From contig OZ024760.1 in NCBI GenBank assembly GCA_964016885.1, forward strand, positions 4,278,001 to 4,342,000: a DNA stretch of 64,000 bases. Direction: 5' to 3'. Both the position numbers and the translations under genes were made by a program. Of the stretch, positions 55,868 to 64,000 are shown one piece after another. A model generated the notes under the pieces. The model was not told where the DNA came from, searched no databases, and saw only the letters and a list, made by a program, of their open reading frames with translations. Origin of the DNA: Eledone cirrhosa. Its lineage: Eukaryota. The first letter of the stretch is position 1. The number at the start of each line of letters is the position of its first letter.

Positions 55868-56434
55868 GGAAAAAAGGCCATACCCGACACATGAATATAA
55901 GCATCTATTCTTCTTTTCAGCCACCCTCTAGAAATACGTACGAAATTGTATTTCTTGACAGTGACTGAAATGGGCAATGTATGTTTGTATTCGTTTGTTC
56001 GTTTATATCCGTTTTTTCGTGAGCACATCCGTTAATGGTTATTATACTGGTAAACTGTTACGCGCCAAAGTTTGATTTTATAAATATATAGGCGGCGAAA
56101 TGGCGGTGCCGTTAGAACGTCGGATAGAATGCTTTATGGTATTCATTCCGGCTTTCTGCTCTCTGAGTTCAAATCCCGCCGAGGTCAACTTTGCCTTTCA
56201 TCCTTTCAAGGTAGATAAAAAAAAAAGTACCAGTCTACTTCTATATTTGGGGAGGGTCATATTGTTATAATATTGCCAAGATTAATAATAAAACACACTC
56301 ACTGTTTGGTTTGGATTGGTTTTCGCTTCTGTATCTTTTATATCTCCATAGTTAATTTATCTGGCAATCAATGTTTATAATTGATTGACCAACAGTTAAA
56401 AATACAGTTACAAATATATATACTTTGATAGACT

Positions 56435-56478
56435 TATCAAAGTTCTTTCATCACACACCTGTGACATCATCAGTGGTA
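56435..56478 (-). ncRNA. type I hammerhead ribozyme motif, same family as 54507
   Basis: minus strand TACCA-CTGATGA-t gtcaca/tgtgat-GAAA-GAAC-TT-TGATA; stem I 4/5 paired. Confidence 0.6.
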
Positions 56479-56794
56479 CTATTATGTTTCCTCCCGTTGT
56501 ATTGTAATGTCTACGCAACGTGAAATGAAGTGTTTTGCTCACGAACACAACATACAACCCAGTCCAAACACATTTACCACTAGGGACGATAAAATAAAGT
56601 ACCAGTCACGTACTGAAGTCAATGGAATCGACTTTTCCCACCCGACAATTCGAACCCGGTATCCTAGGATGTACTTTAAGCAAATAGGTTCGATAATAAA
56701 CCTATTAGAAACTGGTCAATACTTCAACAAGCTTGCCATCTACACCTTGTTGAACAACGAAACGTTATTCTGTCGTTGAATACACCAGGTTTGC

Positions 56795-56915
56795 CGCTGA
56801 TCGCTGCATGTTGCATCATAGATGAGGAGATTACACTGTGGAACGGGAAGATCGTGATGCCATCTGGCCTTTTATCGTCTCCTCGGTCCAACGCCACCGG
56901 TGGCGGCCCAAGTTG
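56795..56915 (-). mobile_element. fragment of a restriction-like endonuclease from a CRE-type non-LTR element
   Basis: LDRGDDKRPDGITIFPF, then after a frameshift LLIYDATCSD (RPDG...D.T signature). Confidence 0.55.
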
Positions 56916-57447
56916 CGAAACCATTGAAATTTGTATTCATTTTTTTTTTCCAATATAATTTGAACGATTCCAGACCCCATTCGCTTACTCAGTGGGGTGG
57001 AACTCGTCAGAATTGCTGGCCTTGTGCCTATATAAGAAACTATTGTTGATACTCTGCTCCCCAATAGTATCGAGTGCTCATCTTGGCATATCGCCTGTGA
57101 ACGCAATCCAATTGCACCCTTACTTAATGGTTAAAGAGTTGGATTCCCAATCGCTACGCTGTGAGATCGATTCCCGAGTCGGACGATGCGTTATGTTCTT
57201 GAGCAAGACACTTTATATTCTTGAGTTAGCTAAATGGTTAGAGTTCCGGATTAAATCGTTGGCGATATTTGTTCTGGCTCCTCTTAATGTTCGATTCTAC
57301 GCACGCGTGAAGAACAAGAGGAGAAAGCAAGCAAAACCAATCATTTCCAATTTTCGATCTCCTACCATCATTTCTATATATTGCACACACAGACACAGAA
57401 ACATTCGTACGCACACACACACACACGCATAAACGCGCGCGCGTATG

Positions 57448-57505
<58 letters not shown>

Positions 57506-58352
57506 AAAGCACACACATAAACGCTTACACCCAAGTACATATGCACACATACACAGAAACACATACATATATATACACACACAAACACATGCATACACAC
57601 ACACAAGCACATACATATACACACACAAACACACAAACAGATATACACACACACAAACACACAAACATATGCATACACATACAAACACATACATATATAT
57701 ATATATACACACATACATACATACACACACACAAACACTCACACACACACACAAACACATACATATATCCACATACACACACACATTCACACACACTAAT
57801 ACATACATATACACACACAAACACATATATATACTCACACAGTATTGATTATTTCCTTAGTGCCGACATTACACCTCGTTATTGCACCTTCATTCATTCG
57901 CCATCTTTCTTCTTCCTTCTCTCATTCACTTCATTCAATACACCCTTAGCCATGTTTCATTGCATTCATTGCATTTAGTTATTTATTTCTTTATTCTCCT
58001 CTCTTTTATTTTTCTCCTCTATTTATCTCTCTATTTCCATCTTTATCTAAATCTCTCTTTTTCTATCTCCCTCCCTCTCTATCTATGAATCTATCTTCAT
58101 CTATCTTTCTCTTTCCCTCCCTCTCTCTCTCTCTCTCTCTGTATATATATATATATATATATAGCCGTCGAAATGGCTTGAGCTCTGCCGTCGGGGTCAT
58201 ACATTTTCCTATATATATATATATCCATCTCTATCTGTTTAAACCTTTCTATGTATCTGCATCATCATCCTATATATCTGCATCATCATCATCATCACCA
58301 ATCTCTCTCTCTCTACACACACACACACATATATATATACATATATATATAC

Positions 58353-58386
<34 letters not shown>

Positions 58387-58397
58387 GTGTGTGTGTG

Positions 58398-58670
58398 TGG
58401 AGGCACGTGGCCGAGTGGTAAGAGTGTTGGACTTACGATCATAATGTCGTGGGTTCGATTCCTGGGTTGCGTGTTGTGTTCTTGAGCAAGACACTTCATT
58501 TCACGTTGCTCCAGTATACTCAGCTGAAAGTGAGTACCAGCAATAGCTGGAGGTTTAACCCTGCGATGGACTGGCGTCCTGTCCAGGGGGAAGTCTTGTA
58601 CTCTCAGTCGCTTCACGCCATGAAACCGGGATAAGCACCGGTCAAATGACCCTTCTGGCTTAAGGCAGAC
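58398..58670 (+). mobile_element. second tRNA-derived SINE family
   Basis: A box TGGCCGAGTGG, B box GGTTCGATTCC, then CTTGAGCAAGACACTT and CCTGCGATGGACTGGCGTCCTGTCCAGGG body; fragments near 22170, 38770, 57125. Confidence 0.7.
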
Positions 58671-58757
58671 TTTAGATATATATATATATATTAATCTCTC
58701 TCTTATCTCTGTCTATCTATCTGTCTTCTTCCCCTCTCTCTCTAACTCTAACTAGCT

Positions 58758-58809
<52 letters not shown>

Positions 58810-59143
58810 GTATATATATATATATATATATATACCTATCTCCTTCATTCGTATCTATCTAGCTCTCTATCTACCTCTCTCTATATCTCTATCTATCTCT
58901 CCCTCTCTATCACTCTATCTACCTCCCTCTCTCTATATCTATCTATCTCTCTATCTCCTTCATTCATCTCGCACTTCATTCAACCATCTTATTTCCCAGT
59001 AAATCATTCATTCTTCTTATCCTCTTCGTCGTCCTTCCTCTCATTCCTTCCTTCCTTCCTTCCTTCAACACACCTCCTCTCACCATTCCAATTCATTCAG
59101 GCTTCATTTTTCCTTTTTCGTGTTTCCCTTCCTTTCATTTCAT

Positions 59144-59208
<65 letters not shown>

Positions 59209-59285
59209 TCTCTCTCTCTCTTCACTCTCTCTCCTGTTTTCTCTCTCTTTATCTCCCACTCTTTCTTGTTCTCTCTGTCTTTGTC

Positions 59286-59348
<63 letters not shown>

Positions 59349-59409
59349 TCTCCTCTCCCTCCTTTCCACTCTCTTTCATTTCATTTCTCTCTCTTCCTCA
59401 TTTCATTCT

Positions 59410-59472
<63 letters not shown>

Positions 59473-59728
59473 CTCTCTCCTCTCTATCTATCTATTTCAC
59501 TTATTCGTTCTCCCCTCATTCAATCACTAACTCATTCACTCTTCGCCTCATTTCATCAAATTCATTCATTTCATGTTTCTTCCTTCTGTTGTTCTTTTTT
59601 CTATTTCTTCATTCCAATCCCTCATTCACACACACCTACACACACACAACTACACACACACACATATATAGGTGCATGTGTATGTGCATAAATATATGTA
59701 TGTATGTATGTATATATATACACACACA

Positions 59729-59827
59729 CAGGGTGTTCCAAAAATGTATACACACTTTGATTACCTGTACAGGCAATATTTATTAGAATGCTGTTTAAGC
59801 GTGTATACATTTTTTGTGGACACCCTG
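59729..59827. mobile_element. short Tc1/mariner-like MITE
   Basis: TIRs CAGGGTGTTCCAAAAATGTATACAC / GTGTATACATTTTTTGTGGACACCCTG|TA; partial copy at 52522. Confidence 0.7.
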
Positions 59828-59840
59828 TATATATATATAA

Positions 59841-59873
<33 letters not shown>

Positions 59874-59920
59874 GCTATATATATATATATATATACGTAT
59901 ATAGCTATATGCATATAGTT

Positions 59921-59954
<34 letters not shown>

Positions 59955-59991
59955 ATGTATATGTATATATATATATAGCTATATATATATG

Positions 59992-60025
<34 letters not shown>

Positions 60026-60180
60026 GCTATATGCATATAGCTATATATATATATGTATATATATACATATATATATATATATGTATATGTATATATATAT
60101 ATAGCTATATATATATGTATATATATACATATATATATATAGCTATATGCATATAGCTATATATATATGTATATATATAC

Positions 60181-60213
<33 letters not shown>

Positions 60214-60310
60214 GCTATTTGTATATAGCTATATATATATATATATATACATATATACATATATATATATATAGCTATATGTATATAGCTATATATATAT
60301 GTATATATAT

Positions 60311-60459
<149 letters not shown>

Positions 60460-60672
60460 GCTATATGTATATAGCTATATATATACATATACATATATAT
60501 ATGTATATGTATTTCGTTTCTGAATTTGTTTAGCAAGATTCTTTATCTGAAATCGTGTGTTGAAACCGATATTGTTATACTTTGGGAGGGTCATGTTGCC
60601 AATAAGATATGTATATGTATATATATATATATATAGCTCTATGCATATAGCTATATATGTATGTATATACTC

Positions 60673-60721
<49 letters not shown>

Positions 60722-62558
60722 TATTGGGAGGGAAGTGAGTTGTAATTGTAATTGAAAGAGCCTCCCCGGGAACTACATTAAGGGTGCATGTGTCTGTGGA
60801 ATGCTCAGCCACTTACACTATAATACAAGATGGATTCCAGCTGCTTTTCAAAGAACCAGCCTTATCACACACTCCAAAATGCTGAATCTCCCTGAGAACT
60901 ATGTGTGTGTATCTGTGGAATGCAAGGCACTTGCACGAGCAGGCTGTTCCCTTTGATCGATCAACTGGAGTGCTCATCATTGGAAACGACGGAAGTCCAC
61001 ATCATTGTATTATATATATATATATATATAATCTCCCACTTTCCTTCTCTCATTCATTTCCTCACTCTCTCCCTCCCACCCTCTCTCTCTCCCTTTCTCC
61101 CTCTCTCTCTCTCCTTTCAATCCCCCCTTTATTTCCCCCTTCACCTCATCTCACCACTTCTCTCCCTGTTCTCTCACCCTCTTTCACCCCCTCTCTCCTT
61201 TCCCTTTCTACCCCTCTCTCACACCCTTTATTCCCCCGTCCCCCCATCTCGCCATTCATTCTTCTCTCTCTCCATTCTCTCTCTCCTTCTCCTTTCTCTC
61301 CCTATCCTCTTCCCCCTCTCTATCCCACTGTTTCCAATTCCCCCTCCCTCTCCACCGCATCTCTCTAAATACACAAGTACCTTTAATTCATTCATTGAAA
61401 TCCCTCTTTCCTTCCTCCTCATTCATTCATCCTTTCGTCCTTCACTGTTTTCCTTCATCATACCCCCTTCTTTCTAAATACACACACACCTTTAATTCAT
61501 TCATTCATTCATTCATTGAAAAAAACCCTTTTTCCAAGCTCCTCATTCACGTGCTGTCCCTTTAATCATTCATTCATTCAAAGCCCTGATTTCTTCTCTC
61601 TTTCTCTCCTTCCTGTTCCCTGCTACAATTTATATCCATTCATTCTTTCCATCATTCATTCATCTCACCTTCCATTTCTCTCTCTCTCTCTCTTCCCCTT
61701 TCACTCTCTATATTTCTCTCTCTCTTCCCCTTTCACTTTCACTCTCTATCTTTCTCTCTCTATTTCTCTCCCTCTTTCATTCTCTTTCTCTCTATATTTC
61801 CCCCCCTCTCTCATTATTTCTTTTTCTCTTTCTCTCCATACACCCTCCTCTTCCGTCATCCATTCAATCAATTACTACCACCCGTATCCCGCCCACACAC
61901 ATACTTATACACACATACACATCTACACATACACACACACACATTCATACATACATTCATACATACTTATACACATACAAACAACCACACACACACTTAC
62001 AACTTACACATATTCATACAAACATCCACACACACACATACAAACATCCACACACATACACATACACCTATGCATAAATACATATATACATACACACACA
62101 CACATACATACATAAACATTTACACACATACACACACATACCTACATATATGCGCATACAGATACACGTATACACACACACACATACATACATACACATA
62201 CACGTATACACACGCACATACATACACATACACGTATACACACACATACATACACATACACGTATACACATATACACACACATACATGTACATAACTTCC
62301 CTTCACAGCTTGTAGGCTGTTGTAGATCTCGGATACATTTCAATCGATTGATCAATCAATATCTCCCCCATTCCACCCCTTATCTCCTTCTCACTCTTTG
62401 TGTGCATATATATATATATATATACACACATATATACACACACATACACACACACAAACACACATATATATATATATTTACACACACATATATATATATA
62501 CATAAATATATATATATATATATATACATATATATATGTATATATTTATATATATATG

Positions 62559-62610
<52 letters not shown>

Positions 62611-62622
62611 AATATATATATG

Positions 62623-62671
<49 letters not shown>

Positions 62672-62677
62672 GTATAT

Positions 62678-62769
<92 letters not shown>

Positions 62770-62790
62770 GTATATATATATATGTATATG

Positions 62791-62862
<72 letters not shown>

Positions 62863-63202
62863 TATATATATATGTATATATATATATGTATATGTATATA
62901 TATATGTATATGTATATGTATGTCTGATAGCATATTGCATAATATATGAAATATATCAATGTAATATGTGAACGCAAGCATGAAACTATGTGAATCTATA
63001 TGAGAATTGGATGTGTGTATATATATATATATATATATTTGTAGGTATATGTATATATATACATATATATATATATGTATATGTAGGCGTGCGGGTTAAT
63101 TATATCTATAAGGTTATATGTGTGTGTGTGTATATATTTATATATATATAATATTTATATGTATACATACACACACACACATGTATTATATATATATATA
63201 CA

Positions 63203-63278
63203 CAGGGTGTCCCAAAAAATGTATACACACTTCAACAGCATTCTAATCAAAGTGTGTATACATTTTTCGGACACCCTG
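63203..63278. mobile_element. short Tc1/mariner-like MITE
   Basis: CAGGGTGTCC...GGACACCCTG|TA, same family as 59729. Confidence 0.7.
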
Positions 63279-63315
63279 TATATATACATATATATATATA
63301 CACAGGCACACACAA

Positions 63316-63361
<46 letters not shown>

Positions 63362-63529
63362 GATATTAACAAATATATATATCGTATATATACGATATTA
63401 ACAAATGGAAACTATATTTATAAAACCATATTTATTTCATTATACATATTTCAAGGTTGCATTCTTTAAGGGTATGGTTGCATTCTTTAAGGGTATGTCA
63501 ATATTTATTTATAAAACTGATCTATATTA

Positions 63530-63594
63530 TATTTTATCTGATGAAAGCACACCATAATTTAACTTGGTGTCCTTGAAATATGTATAATGAAATA
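63530..63594 (+). ncRNA. type I hammerhead ribozyme motif, same family as 23256
   Basis: TATTTTAT-CTGATGA-aag c acacca/tggtgt c ctt-GAAA-TATGTA-TA-ATGAAATA; inverted copy of its 3' half at ~63390-63456. Confidence 0.75.
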
Positions 63595-64000
63595 AATATG
63601 GTTTTATAAATATAGTTTCCATTTGTTAATATCGTATTTTTACTCCAAATATTTGTTGAGTGCTTTATATCAGTTATAAAAATATTTACTTGTTGTATCC
63701 CAACAATTTAAATAGAACTTTTACATATATATATATATATATATGTGGGGGGGGGCACCCTTATATCTGTACATGTGTACACATATCTGAAGGGTGTATA
63801 TGTTGCGTATATATATATAGATAGATATATGTATATATATGTATATATATATATATGATAGATAGATAGATATATAGATATATACGCAACACATACACTC
63901 TTCAGATATGTGTACACATGTACAGATATAAGGGTGTCCCCCCCCCCCCCCACACACACACAAATACATTAAATGCATTAAAAATGTAACGTCACAATGT

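Noticed and set aside
55921-55978. Possible small exon (TTTTCAG ... GTATGT)
   Set aside because: No recognisable protein and no partner exons identified
58398-58470. tRNA-like sequence with A and B boxes
   Set aside because: No convincing acceptor stem, and it continues into a SINE body; SINE head rather than tRNA gene

Overview
AT-rich, microsatellite-dense animal (eukaryotic) genomic DNA. The SINE/LINE complement and simple-repeat load suggest a cephalopod such as Octopus, but that is inference only. Two spliced + strand genes were assembled by hand with consistent GT-AG phases: a 4-exon SAM-domain gene (SAMD15-like, 4917-9851, 228 aa) and an 11-coding-exon eIF2B gamma gene (EIF2B3, 24295-36434, 443 aa). 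Between them is a degenerate Gypsy LTR retrotransposon (13841-22043, minus strand, TSD GACA). It was invaded twice by a second, non-coding LTR element (one paired-LTR copy, one solo LTR), and both insertions duplicated the same GATG target. EIF2B3 intron 9 holds a near-full-length but defective RTE LINE with a PHD-like zinc finger. The most striking unannotated signal is a dispersed set of type I hammerhead ribozyme motifs (CTGANGA...GAAA...TH with paired stems and compensatory changes). They fall into several sequence families, lie mostly in small inverted-repeat elements embedded in (TA)n tracts, and resemble pseudo-LTR remnants of Penelope-like elements or non-autonomous retrozymes. The rest is SINEs, MITEs, LINE fragments, satellites and a ~4.5 kb TA array around a 200-N gap. 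Most ORF-track entries are repeat artefacts.
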